A stretch of DNA of 64,000 bases from the NCBI GenBank assembly GCA_964016885.1, contig OZ024757.1, forward strand, positions 14,012,001 through 14,076,000. The letters run 5' to 3'. The notes under the pieces were generated by a model. The model had not been told where the DNA came from. It saw only the letters and a program-made list of their open reading frames with translations, and did not search any database. The first letter of the stretch is position 1. Each line of letters opens with the position of its first letter. Below are positions 39,734 through 55,951 of the stretch, one piece after another. A program made the position numbers and the translations under genes. The stretch comes from Eledone cirrhosa. Its lineage: Eukaryota.

Positions 39734-40040
39734 CCCTTTAGCATTTACATTACTCTATATATACTATTGTATTTTCGTTGTAAAGGCTTTACTTCATAAT
39801 TATCTCATATAATATCGAACCTATGAGATTTTGATATTATTTATTTTGAGAACAATACCATAACATCAGTATGAGTGGCCAGTTACAGCCGGTTTGAACA
39901 GAAAGAGGTGATAGAATTCTGGCCAGTTATGACCGGTTTGAACAGAAAGAGGTGATAGAATTTTGTTCGGTTATGGCCAGTTTGAACAGGAAGATGTAAG
40001 AGAACTCTGGCCGGATATGGCCAGTTTAAATGCTAAAGGG
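39734..40040 (+). mobile_element. piggyBac-type MITE with internal tandem duplication
   Basis: TTAA TSD, ccctttagcattt TIRs, 3x ccggtttgaacagaaagaggtga unit. Confidence 0.82.
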
Positions 40041-40562
40041 TTAAATATAATTTCTGAGAATAAGAAATATTCGTGGGTAGATGAAACTTATAAAATTACT
40101 TATATATTATTGGTGTCATATTCGTCCTATGATATTTTCTTGGTTTCAAGCGAGCACTCAAGTACCAGTCAAATATTAGGGGATAGTGAATTAGCTACAC
40201 ATTCTCTGAAAAAAAAAAAAAAAGAAAGAATGAATTTCTGGTAGAAATATTTTTTTATAATATTTTTTTTCTTGGCAGAGGGTGGATAGGGTTGTGACTG
40301 ACTTACCAACTCACCTCCACCCCTGTTATATCTGTCTCATTCACCCTGTCCAGAACAAATATTTGCTTTAAGCTTGACAATATATATATATATATATATA
40401 ATCTTCTTCATCATTTTACATTCATGTTCCATGCTGGCATGGGTTATATATATATATATATAAATATAATGTATAGAGTGTCCCCAAAAAATGTATACAC
40501 CATTCTAATAAATATTGCCTGTACAGCTAATCAAAGTGTGTATAAACATTTTGGAGACGACC

Positions 40563-40595
<33 letters not shown>

Positions 40596-40673
40596 TTGTG
40601 TGTGTATGTATATATAGCCTTGTGTTGACCAATGGTATATAAATGTGTGTATATATGTGTGTATGTGTTTATG

Positions 40674-40705
<32 letters not shown>

Positions 40706-41264
40706 AATATAACCCTCATCCTTTCCGTATAGAATCTTTATATTCTATACCCCAACTACTTTCATCCTCTCACTTGGACACTGTCTTTTCAAATCTGTTG
40801 TTGTACATACATGATAGACTTTTACAGCATATTGTGCATACAAACCTATTTCATTCTCATGTTATATATATTCATACATATGTGTATATATATATATATA
40901 TGTATGTGTATAATACATATATATGATATATATTTATGTATAATATATTTATGTATAATATATATATGTGTATATATATATATATATATGTGTATATTTA
41001 TTTACATATATATATATATATAAAATTTGTAAATTGAGCATTTAAATTGAAATGAAATTTAAAAGAAAAAAAATGGTTAAATAAAATCTCTCATCATATC
41101 TATGTTTGTGTTTCTGGTATTTTCTGTGTCTTGTTGACACCTCACTTGCATGGAAATATTGCAGCTGGTAAGAGAGAGGGGGTGAATTGGTAGAGCATCA
41201 AATGCTGTCAAGGTCAACTCTGCCTTTTGTCCTTCTAAGGTTTTATCTTCTTCTTTGCCTATAT

Positions 41265-41900
41265 GTTCCTGAGAAGGCTGTTGGAGCAGAGTCCTCAAAC
41301 ATTCCTTCCAGCAGGTCGGGTCCTCTGAACAGTGTCGGATTTAGGACAAATGAGGCCCTGTGCTAGTTAAGTTACGAGGCCCCTTATGTGGGCACTGAAG
41401 GAGGTAAAATCTTTTGTCCGGAAGATGGGCCCTCCTGGCCAGTGGGGCCCTGCACTTAAGCACAATGTTAAATCCGGCACTGCCGCTGAGAAGCAACACT
41501 CTCGAATTGATCCAGCTGGATCTGCAAGTAAAACCAGGTGAGCTCATGGATGTTATCCAACCATCTTGCTCAGGGTCTACCCCTAGCTATCCTACTGGCT
41601 GGTTTTGCCTGTAAAATCTGTCCAGAGATGTTTTTTCCTGGGACATTCTAACCACATGCCCATAGTATCAGAGCTGTGATCTCTCAATTCAGAGAAGTAG
41701 CAGCTCTACCTGGAGTGACTCTGATCTCCGAGCTGCACACTCTATTGAGTAACATTACTCCAAAACCCTTCAGAGGAACCCTATTTTGGCCACTTGTTTT
41801 CGTAATCATATTCTTTCAGTCATTACCCAAGATTCATGACCATAAGTAAGGGGTGGCATGAATACCAAATTGAAAATAGCGAATTTGGCTTTTAAACCTA
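41265..41900 (-). mobile_element. RTE-like LINE 3' fragment containing a nested MITE (41330-41482)
   Basis: Reverse strand reads PTLTYGHESWVM-like; nested TIRs cagtgtcggattta / taaatccggcactg. Confidence 0.72.
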
Positions 41901-42564
41901 CCTCCCTTCTTCTGATTACTGAATGCTGAGATGATTTAGTGAAATAATTTTGTTATTATTAATCTGAAGTTAGGAACATAACTTAACACATGAGTCTTAC
42001 ATTAAATTATAATGGAAGGTTTTAATACAAATATGAATACTTATAAGCAGATTCATAGGTAAGGGTTAGCATGAATACTGAAGATAGTGAGTTTCGCTTT
42101 TACCCTTACTTTCTCTCACATATATATATATATATATGCAGAGTGTCCCCCGAAATTGTATACACACTTTGATTACCTGTACAGGCGATATTTATTAGAA
42201 TGTTTTTGAAGTATGTATACATTTTGGGGGACGCCCTGTATATATAATCATCATCACCGTTTTAAATGGACGTTAAACGGTGATTACGATTATATATATA
42301 TATATAAGTAGAAGGGGGTATTTAATTTGTTGGAATCCGACAAATATAAAATTTAATTGTTTATAACTGATTTAGAGCACTCAACAAATTCCTGGAGTAA
42401 ATATTCAATGATTTTAAATAAATGGAAACTATATTTATAAAACCATATTTATTTATATATAATAAATATAGTTTCCATTTATTTAATGTCATTGTGTGTG
42501 TATATATATATATATAATACAAACAAACACATACACGTGTCTGTGTTCCTTGTATTATGACAAA

Positions 42565-42752
42565 GCGGTGGTTTGGCAGTATCGGTAGAGGATCGGACGC
42601 CATGCTTTACAATCTAGAGTTACGCCCCTTTATGGTCTGAGTTCAAATCCCGCCGAGGTTAACTTTGCCTTTCATCCTTACAGGGCCGATAAAATAAAGT
42701 ACCAGTAATGCACTGGAGTAATTGATGGCCTTGTACCAAAAGTAGAAACAAT
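42565..42752 (+). mobile_element. Nin-like SINE (further copies at about 34222-34400, 38840-38990, 39125-39255, 45235-45368)
   Basis: A and B boxes plus central domain. Confidence 0.8.
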
Positions 42753-43564
42753 TCTGACAAAGCCCTGCCGCGAATTGAACTCAACGAACATTCTGCGAAG
42801 ATTACGTCACGTATGTCTTCTTCGAGAAGACACGAGGTTTGTATTGGCATAATTAAATGGCTAAGGTAAGTTCTTCATTTTGTTATTATTATTAAGAAAT
42901 CATCATTATTATTGTTACTATCGTTATATATATTAAACAAATTGAATGAAAATGTTGCAACAGATAAAGAAAACAATGTTGAAATTATTTATGTTTACAA
43001 TGTGAATATTGACTCAATAAAATTACTTTTTATGTTGGAATTTTTCTATGATATGTATTTGTATCGATTTAAAGTCGATAAACTGTGAATGTTCTTCCTT
43101 TTTTACAGAAATTTCATCAATATTATAAAGTCATTGCCCCTCCCTTTTGTTTCCTTATTTTTCCTTTCCTTTATCATTTTTGTTCAATGAATTTATATTA
43201 TTGTGTTATTATACACGGTTTAGACATTATATTTGTAATGTCCTTCTCAACGAATTGCGAGCAATTTATAATGTTATTTACGGATTTCTTATGTTATTTA
43301 TGTATATATTTAAAACGTTATTGCAACGTTATTCTATTGTAAATTTATACAACTGCAATAAAATACCTTTTTTCTGCATGTGCAGAGACTTTTTCACTTA
43401 TCTGTTATAAATTTAATAATGTTTACAAAGCGATTCGTTAATATATATAATATATATTATTATTATTATTGAGCCGACATTGTTGCATTCTTCGTCATTT
43501 ATTTCTCGTAATTTCTTCTTCATTATATGTACATAAATAAAATTACAAATGCGTAAATAATATT

Positions 43565-44240
43565 ATATATCTTAAGTATATATCTTAAGTATGGTCAATT
43601 GATACCCGGTAAGAGTAATTAGACTCGTACTTACGTAGATATGATACTCTTGCGGGTATCAAACATCACTTGGTATCGATACCTCCCAGATGGACATCAA
43701 TACGAGAAGCGATAGCTAAACTTGAGTATATATATACTATATATACACAAGAAACAATCTATATATACACCATATATACAATATATATACACAGCAGTCT
43801 ATATATACACCATATATATAATATATACAGGTAACAGTCTATATATACAATCTTTATACACTGACAACAGTCTATATATACACAAGTAACAGTCTATATA
43901 CACTATACAGTATATACATCATATATACAATATATATACACATGTTCCAGTCTATATAAACTATATACAATCTAACTATACACCATATATATCTTAAGTA
44001 TGGTCATTTGGTACCTGGTAAGGATAATTAGACCTATACCAAGGTAGAGATGATCCTTTTCTGAATATCGAACATCACTTGGTATCGATACCTGCCAAGT
44101 CGGCATCAATACGAGAAACGATAGGTAAACTTGAGCGGGTGGTTGGTCCACTCCTTCTCGAGCCTTGACTTAAAAATATTGACTAAGGGCGTCAACTGTT
44201 TCTTGTTTGAGGTTGTTCCAGTGGTTGATCCCACGTTTAT
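43565..44240 (-). mobile_element. Two CR1-clade LINE 3' ends (about 43565-43727 and 43988-44240)
   Basis: Reverse strand encodes INHWNNLKQETVDA(fs)VNIFKSRLEKEWTNHPLKF, a CR1 ORF2 C-terminal pattern; the two share a structured 3'UTR and a cttaagatata tail. Confidence 0.68.
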
Positions 44241-44309
44241 ATGGTAATCCCTTGCTTTCAGGAAGGGGGAGGGGGGATTATTCGAGACCCGAGAGTATAT
44301 GTGTGTGTG

Positions 44310-44356
<47 letters not shown>

Positions 44357-44668
44357 CACATACACATACAGGGTGTCCCCAAAAATGTATACACACTTCA
44401 ACAGCATTCTAATAAAAGTGTGTATACATTTTTTGGACACTGTGTGTGTATATACACATACATATAGGTGTGAGTATATATTAAAAATCAAGATGGATTC
44501 AGTTTGAAACTGGTTAGACCACTAATCAACAGAGTGCTCGATACTTGATGTAGTAGAGTATGGTTATATTATAAAGAGCTCAGCCCTCGGGACCTGACTC
44601 TTTACCATATATATATATACGCACATTGGCGGAATATATATATATATATATGTATACGTGCATTAGCA

Positions 44669-44973
44669 TTTGAAAGTAGGTTTATAATTATCAATTTTCA
44701 TTATACTTTTGTAGCGGTCTCGGTGGCCTAGTTGGAGGAATCGTAGACAGTGGTGATAGTGATCTGAAGTTCGATCATGGTCGGGACTACGGTTCCCGGT
44801 AAACCTTTTCAGTTTTTTTCTATTGGTTGTAAATAAAAAAACTGAAAATGGTTACATGTACCTCTTGACCAGGATTGAGCCCAAGGCCAGCATCTTCACC
44901 GTCTCTAGTACCGACCCACAGAGACAACTACGAAAATCTTATGAAAATTCATATTTATAAACCTACTTTCAAA
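44669..44973. mobile_element. Foldback element with a tRNA-like cassette in each arm
   Basis: Perfect 19-bp terminal IR tttgaaagtaggtttataa; inner IR ttttcagttttttt / aaaaaaactgaaaa; A box 44724-44735 and B box 44769-44776. Confidence 0.6.
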
Positions 44974-45635
44974 ATTTTCAAAACAAAGTGTTGTGGTGTC
45001 GTTCATTTGTTCATGTCAATATTATTACTCCTACTTAAGGTCGACTTCTAAAGGATTTGGGTGTTCCATAAACTACAATACATTCTCCAATAAAAAGTAT
45101 TACGTATTTTGCGAAATCCAGAGATTTTCAATAATGACCTTTGGTCTTTCACACACTCTCTCTATCTATATATATCACCTTACCACTAATTGATTTGACA
45201 GATGTCTTTAAACAATTGATGCCAAATATTATTTGGACGTCCTTTACAGTCTGAGTTCAAATCCCGCCGAGGTTAACTTTGCCTTTCATCCTTACGGGGT
45301 CGATAAAATAAAGTACCAGTAATGTACTGGGTAATTGCTGGCCTTGTGCCTAAAGTAGAAACAATTATTTGGTCAGTAGTTCGTGTGTAAGTTGTGTGTG
45401 TATATATATATATATTGTGTTTTTATATATATATGCTTATAATTTTCTTATTTTACGTCTCTCATATTATTGTTCTGCAACCCCATACATTGAACCACAA
45501 TGTTACTAAGACAAAACCTATATATTTGCTAGCATTGATATGCATCTGTATGTATACATATGTTACTAGATATTAATTCTTTATAATTATCTCCAAATTA
45601 TTTGTCGAGCAATATTGGCCATGACTGCTGCTATG

Positions 45636-45988
45636 GTAGTAGGCAGGCCGCTGTCTTATTAGCAAACCACTTTCCACTGATTGACCTCGATGTCACGTGA
45701 TTGATTCTTTTTGAATTTGCCACAGGCGCAGAGGCAGTGATTTTCTCAATGGCTAGGAATTCAGTCCACGCTTTGCTATTTCCTATCCACTGAGTTATTT
45801 TTTAATAAGTTTCCAGAGTCCTCGCTTTGCCTGGAAACTTAGCTGATAATAGACTTCCCTGACGACGGAATGTTTCTCTATATCTTCTTCGGAAAATATA
45901 TTTACTCCATTCCAGAAACTAATTAGTAGGAAGTGATATTTTAGAAAGTAAGTTAATTTTATAATTTTCTTATTTTACGTCTCTCATA
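45636..45988 (+). mobile_element. Hammerhead-bearing element (Penelope pLTR or retrozyme-like), copy 1
   Basis: Colinear with 61224-61590; ends ttttcttattttacgtct, followed by a (TA)n array. Confidence 0.7.
45853..45934 (+). ncRNA. Type I hammerhead ribozyme motif, copy 1
   Basis: Stem I acttcc/ggaagt, core CTGACGA, stem II ggaatg/cattcc, GAAA, palindromic ctaattag, GTA triplet; predicted cleavage after 45928. Confidence 0.8.
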
Positions 45989-46117
45989 TGTATATGTATA
46001 TATATATGTATATGTATATATATATGTATATGTATATGTGTATATGTATATATATATGTGTATATATATGTATATGTGTATATATATGTATATGTATATA
46101 TATGTATATGTATGTGT

Positions 46118-46149
<32 letters not shown>

Positions 46150-46160
46150 GTATGTATATG

Positions 46161-46195
<35 letters not shown>

Positions 46196-46500
46196 GTTTG
46201 TATATATATATATATATGTATGTATATGTATATATATATGTATGTATATGTATATGTATATATATATGTATGTATATGTATATATGTATATGTATATATG
46301 TATATGTATATATGTATGTATATGTATATATATATATATATGTATGTATATGTATATATATATATATATGTATGTATATGTATATATATATATATATGTA
46401 TGTATATGTATATATATATATATATGTATGTATATGTATATGTATGTATATGTATATATATATATGTATGTATATGTATATATATATATGTATGTATATG

Positions 46501-46533
<33 letters not shown>

Positions 46534-46720
46534 GTATGTATATGTATATATATGTATGTATATATATATATGTATATGTATGTATATGTATATATATATG
46601 TATGTATATGTATATATATATGTATATATATATGTATGTATATGTATATATATATGTATGTATATGTATATATATATATATGTATATATATATGTATGTA
46701 TGTATATGTATATATATATG

Positions 46721-46811
<91 letters not shown>

Positions 46812-46830
46812 GTATGTATATATATATATG

Positions 46831-46909
<79 letters not shown>

Positions 46910-46910
46910 G

Positions 46911-46941
<31 letters not shown>

Positions 46942-46945
46942 GTAT

Positions 46946-47009
<64 letters not shown>

Positions 47010-47025
47010 GTATATATATATATGT

Positions 47026-47106
<81 letters not shown>

Positions 47107-47227
47107 TAGGTATATGTGTATATATATGTATATGTGTATATATATGTATATATATATATATATAGGTATATGTGTATATATATGTATATATGTATATGTG
47201 TATATATATGTATATATGTATATGTGT

Positions 47228-48338
47228 ATCATCATCATCATCATCATCATCACCGTTTTACGTCCGTTCTTCCACGCTAGCATGGGTTAGACGGGTTGTC
47301 CTGTTGTGGGCAGTGTCTGGTCGGCTGACCATGCCTTGCTCATACAGGAACTGATCTGGCTTGATTTCTACAGCTGGATGCCCTTCCTAACACCAACCTC
47401 ATTTACAGTGAGTGCTGGGTGCTTTTTCGTGGCGCCTACACGTCCACTTTACAGTGTGGGCTGGGTGCTTTTTTGCCGTGGCACCTCCACGACCACCTTG
47501 CGGTGGGGGGGGGGGGGCATATTGTTTATATGCTTCAGCATGTACCCATGGGAGGTCGGGTACCCTGTATTACTGCGTGACGCCAGAAGTCACGGTCGTG
47601 TGTCATTGACTTTGAGAGGTGTAGTTGGGTAAGGTCGGCTTTTATCACCTCATCCCAAGTCATCTTGGGTCTCCCCACTCCGCGGTTTCCATCAACTTCT
47701 AGTGCTCTGCACCTTTTTATGCAGCTGTCATCCTTCATACGCATCACATGTCCATACCAGCGTAACCGCCTCTCCTGCACGCAGCATTTGATTCCTCTTA
47801 TGCTCAGTCTCTCTCTCAATTCATTTATGCTTTGTCGTTCACGTATATTACTGTTACACATCCATCGGAGCATGCAGGCTTCGTTTCTCTCTAATCTACG
47901 TAAGTCTTCCACCTTCAGCGCCCAGGTCTCACTACCATGCAACATCGCTGTTCGGATACACGCATCATACAGTCTGCCTTTCATTCTGAGGGAGAAGCCT
48001 TTTGCAGCTAGCAGTGGTAGTAGTTCCCTAAACTTCTTCCATCCCGTTCTTACCCTAGTTATTGTACTTTCTGAGCACCCACCTCCGTTGCTAATTCGGT
48101 CACCTAGGTAGCAGAAGCTGTCTACTGTTTCTACAGGGCCCTCCCAGAGATTGGTGGTACTTGTTTCCTGTGGCTGTTTGCTTGCTGTTTCAGCACAGCT
48201 GCTGCATGTGAATCCTACATTCTTAATTAAGCTTCCTGAGATCCCGCTACATCTCTTGTGTACCCATTGTTTGCATTTGGGGCAAAGAATGGAGTTCCTA
48301 CCTACACCTTTCCTACATACTGAGCAAGGCCATTTCCC
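47228..48338 (-). mobile_element. 5'-truncated RTE LINE with a PHD-type zinc finger
   Basis: Open frame 48338-47535: WPCSVC...[12 protein letters not shown]...[35 protein letters not shown]; 3'UTR and (gat)n tail. Confidence 0.9.
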
Positions 48339-48839
48339 ATGTATATATGTATATATATGTATATGTGTATATATATGTATATATGTATATGTGTATATAT
48401 ATGTATATGTGTATATGTGTATATATATGTATATATGTATATGTGTATATATATGTATATATGTATATGTGTATATATATGTATATATGTATATGTGTAT
48501 ATATATGTATATGTGTATATATATGTATATATGTATATGTGTATATATATGTATATATGTATATGTGTATATATATGTATATATGTATATGTGTATATGT
48601 GTATATATATGTATATGTGTATATGTGTATATATATGTATATGTGTATATGTGTATATATATGTATATATGTATATGTGTATATATATGTATATATGTAT
48701 ATGTGTATATATGTGTATATATATATATGTGTATATATATATATATATATGTGTATATATATGTATATATGTGTATATATATATATATATGTATATGTGT
48801 ATATATATGTATATATATATATATATATACAAGTTAAAA

Positions 48840-48977
48840 TAAATTAATATATATGATAAACACTAATAAAATCATATGAGTGTTTGTATTGCCAATGACC
48901 AAGTTAGCTCTAACTTGGTCATTTGCAATACAAACACTCATATGATTTTATTAGTGTTTATCATATATATTAATTTA
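48840..48977. repeat. Near-perfect palindrome with 68-bp arms
   Basis: Arms 48840-48907 and 48910-48977, 2-nt loop, one mismatch. Confidence 0.92.
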
Positions 48978-49074
48978 TATTATATACATATTTCACGGCT
49001 CAGAAATACCTCTTTCTTTGAGCTAATTAATTGTAAAAGACTGTTTGAGTTTATAACTCTCTATATATATTATT

Positions 49075-52043
<2,969 letters not shown>

Positions 52044-54338
52044 CTCTTTTACCTGTTTCAGCCATCCGGCTGAGGCCATGCTGGGGCACCGCTCTTGTTG
52101 CTACACATTTTATCTCCAGCCTGTATAGGTTGGCCACTGGTGTAAGAGGGAGTTTGTTGCTGCTGCCCTTAGGTTTCCCTCGTGTCTTGCTGTGGGCTCA
52201 TCCGGGATCCTGGATAACAACGTGTCGAGATGTTTCTTAAAGACCTCCACCTCCACGTCATGCAAGTCTCTCAGATGCCTCGGCAGCCTGTTGAAGAGTT
52301 GAGGGCCCTTGAATTCCAGGCTATTGCAATACCTGCTCCTTATTCTAGATGTGGAAGACGGGACCTTTGGCACCACACAGTGACGTCCTGTTCGACGGTT
52401 GGTCCAGCTCCCAATGCCAAAGTTTGGTGCTAGTCCCTCCAGGATTTTCCACATGTAGATCACTGCGTATCTCTCCCGTCTTCACTCCAAGGAGTAGAGG
52501 TTCAGTTCCTTCAGCCTCTCCCAGTAGCTTGTCTCCCTCATCTTGGCAATCCTCTTGGTGTAGCTTCGCTGGATTGCCTCAAGCTCCGTGGTTAGTTTGA
52601 CACTATGGGGTGACCACAACTGGGAGCAGTAGTCCAGGCGGCTTAGAACAAAAGTCCTCCACAGTGTCAACATGGTGTCTCGATCTCTTGTCCGGAAAGT
52701 CCTCAAGATCCAGCCAGCGAGTCGTCTGCACATTGTCGCCACTTTCATGATGCGTGAAGAAAAAGATGCATCATCGCTCATGTCTATGCCCTGGTCTCGT
52801 ATCGATTTTGACATGGGGATATCGGTCCCTCCTGGTCCTGTGTAGCTGTGTTCCACTATATTTGTGTTTGCAGGTTTGTATTTTAGGGCTTGGAATTTGC
52901 CAGCATTAAACTGCATGTTGTTTTCTTCCGCCCATCTGTATATGGCATCCAGATCCTGCTGTAAAAGGGCAGCGTCAGCCGGGTTTTTGATTGCCTGTGC
53001 TACTTTAGTGTCATCAGCATAGCTAGTGAGGGATGTTGTTGCATGCACCACAGAGGGCATGTCCGAGAGAGCCACCAAAAACAGTAGTGGTCCCAGGACT
53101 GTCCCCTGGGGCACCCCACTTGTTATCAGTGTTTCCCTCGAGAGGGCCCCATTTGCTGCGACTGCCTGGCTTCTGTCCCTTAGGAAGCCATGCAGCCACT
53201 CACCTACTTTTCCAGTTATGCCGAGTCCGTGTAGTTTGTGACATATCATTCCGTGGTCGACCTTGTCAAAGGCCTTCGCAAAATCAAGATATATCACGTC
53301 CACATGTGAGCTGTCTAGTAGTTGTCTCAGTACCCAGTCGTAGTGATGTAGCAGCTGTGTAAGGCAGCTTCTTCCTGGGCGGAAGCCATGTTGCGTGCTA
53401 GTCAGGCGGTCATTTTCTTCGAGGAAAGTGATTAGTTTTTTTCTGACGACTCGCTCCATGACCTTACTGATATGCGACGTCAGGGAGACTGGCCTATAGT
53501 TCTTGGCCTCCGCTCTACTACCTCCTTTATGGATAGGGCATATTGTGCCATCTTTCAGCTCCCTGGGTAGTACACCACTAGCCAAGGAGCTTCTGAAGAG
53601 CATCTTCAGTGGAGTTGCTAAGGCCCGCTTACATATTTTTAAGAGAACTGCTGGGAATCCATCAGGTCCAGCAGCCGAGTCTGTTCTAATTTCATCAATG
53701 GCGTACACCACATCCTCCTCCGTTATGTCTGTGGTTGATGGTTGCCATTTCTTGATGTAGTGTTGTGGCATCAAAGAACTCCTCTGGCTTCGTTATTTGC
53801 ATGTGCCTCAGTGGACATGTGAAGACACTTTTGTACTGTTCGTTCAGTATTTCACATATCTCTTGGGGGTTTTCGGTTAATGAACCGTCCGTGTGGAAGA
53901 GTGGCCCAATCTTGCAGTGTACTGAGGCAGTTTCTTTTGCAAATTTAAAGAAGGCCTTAGGGTTTGTTTTAATGTTTTCTATGGCCCTGTTCTCTTTCTT
54001 TGCCCTCTCATTCTCATGTGAAAGTTTGAGTGCAATCTCGGTGTCAAGTAGTGCACGTTTCAAATAGGATTCCTTCTTGTTTTTGTTTTGTTGACTATTC
54101 AACTGGTTTGAGAGTTTAGTTCTACGTCTCATAAGGATTTTCCTATCTCTGGGAATAAGATTTTTGTGTCTGTTTACCTCTTTCTCCGGGACAAACTTTT
54201 TGCATATGGTGTGTATCGTTGTCATGAAGTGTTGAAATTGTGTGTTAGTGTCTTGTGTGGCGGTGTTTTCACTCCATGTTTGCTTCCGGATTTCACTCTT
54301 AATCTTTTTCCAGTTAGCCTTGTAGAAGTTAAGGCTGG
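52044..54338 (-). mobile_element. 5'-truncated CR1-group LINE, reverse transcriptase nearly intact
   Basis: AAGPDG, NYRPVSLTS, QHGFRPGRSC, YLDFAKAFDKVDH, GVPQGTVLGPLLF, YADD; one frameshift near 53760 and one stop (LE*RRERY, probable CGA>TGA) at 52482. Confidence 0.93.
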
Positions 54339-54361
54339 ATACATATACATATGTATATATG

Positions 54362-54428
<67 letters not shown>

Positions 54429-54429
54429 G

Positions 54430-54464
<35 letters not shown>

Positions 54465-54465
54465 G

Positions 54466-54498
<33 letters not shown>

Positions 54499-54562
54499 GT
54501 ATATATGTGTATATGTATATATGTATATATCAATTATACATCAAATATATATATATATATAT

Positions 54563-54850
54563 ATCAATTCTCAGACCGGGTGATGTGTTGTTTCCTTGAG
54601 CAAGACACTTTATTTCACATTGCTCCAGTTTACTCAGCCGTAGAAATGAGATGATAGGGACAGGGGTCCCTATCATTCCACTGCAAAGTGATCGTGGAGG
54701 TGCCATGGCAAAAAAGCACCCAGCACTCACTGTAAATGAGGTTGGTGTTAGGAAGGGCATCCAGCTGTAGAAATCAAGCCAGAATCAGTTCCCGTCCCAC
54801 CCTTGCAAGCAGGGAAAAGCGGACGTAAAATGAAATGAATGAATGAATGA
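54563..54850 (+). mobile_element. 5'-truncated CORE-like SINE
   Basis: Starts within the B box; otherwise matches 2970-3240. Confidence 0.85.
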
Positions 54851-55078
54851 TATATATGTATATATGTATATGTATATATATATATGTATATGTATATATG
54901 TATATATATATATGTATATGTATATATGTATATATATATATGTATATGTATATATGTATATATGTATATATATATATATGTATATGTATATATGTGTATA
55001 TATGTATATATATATATATGTATATGTATATATGTATATATATGTATATGTATATATATATATATGTATATATATATG

Positions 55079-55111
<33 letters not shown>

Positions 55112-55184
55112 GTATATATATGTATATGTATATATGTATATATGTATATATGTATATATGTATATATGTATATATGTATATATG

Positions 55185-55215
<31 letters not shown>

Positions 55216-55354
55216 GTATATATATGTATATGTATATATGTATATATATATATATGTATATATATGTATATGTATATATGTATATGTATATATATATATA
55301 TGTATATATATATGTATATATATATATATGTATATGTATATATGTATATATATG

Positions 55355-55385
<31 letters not shown>

Positions 55386-55495
55386 GTATATGTATATATG
55401 TATATATATGTATATATATATATATATGCATATATATATATATATGTATATGTATATATGTATATATATGTATATATATATATATGCATATATAT

Positions 55496-55551
<56 letters not shown>

Positions 55552-55834
55552 AAATGGGGAGAAGAATACTGCAGGTTGCACATGGATAACATGTTATAAA
55601 ATGAGTCCCTGATCAGTGATTTGCCAACGATCATAGATATTTCATTGCATTAAAAATCATATACCTCACGTTGGTGCAATAATAACTAAATTAAGTTATT
55701 AGGACAATTAAAACGCGTAAAGCGAGTGAGACAAGTAACAACAAAGAGGAAAGCTAGCCGTAGATAGGAAGGGAACAAGCTGTATATATATATATATATA
55801 TATATGTATATGTATATTTGTTTATGTATATGTA

Positions 55835-55899
<65 letters not shown>

Positions 55900-55900
55900 G

Positions 55901-55951
<51 letters not shown>

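Noticed and set aside
55607-55705. Possible hammerhead (gtcc-ctgatca...ccaacg/cgttgg...aataact/agttatt-a-ggac)
   Set aside because: Three-stem topology is suggestive, but the core deviates at G8 and GAAA is absent; at best a decayed relic.
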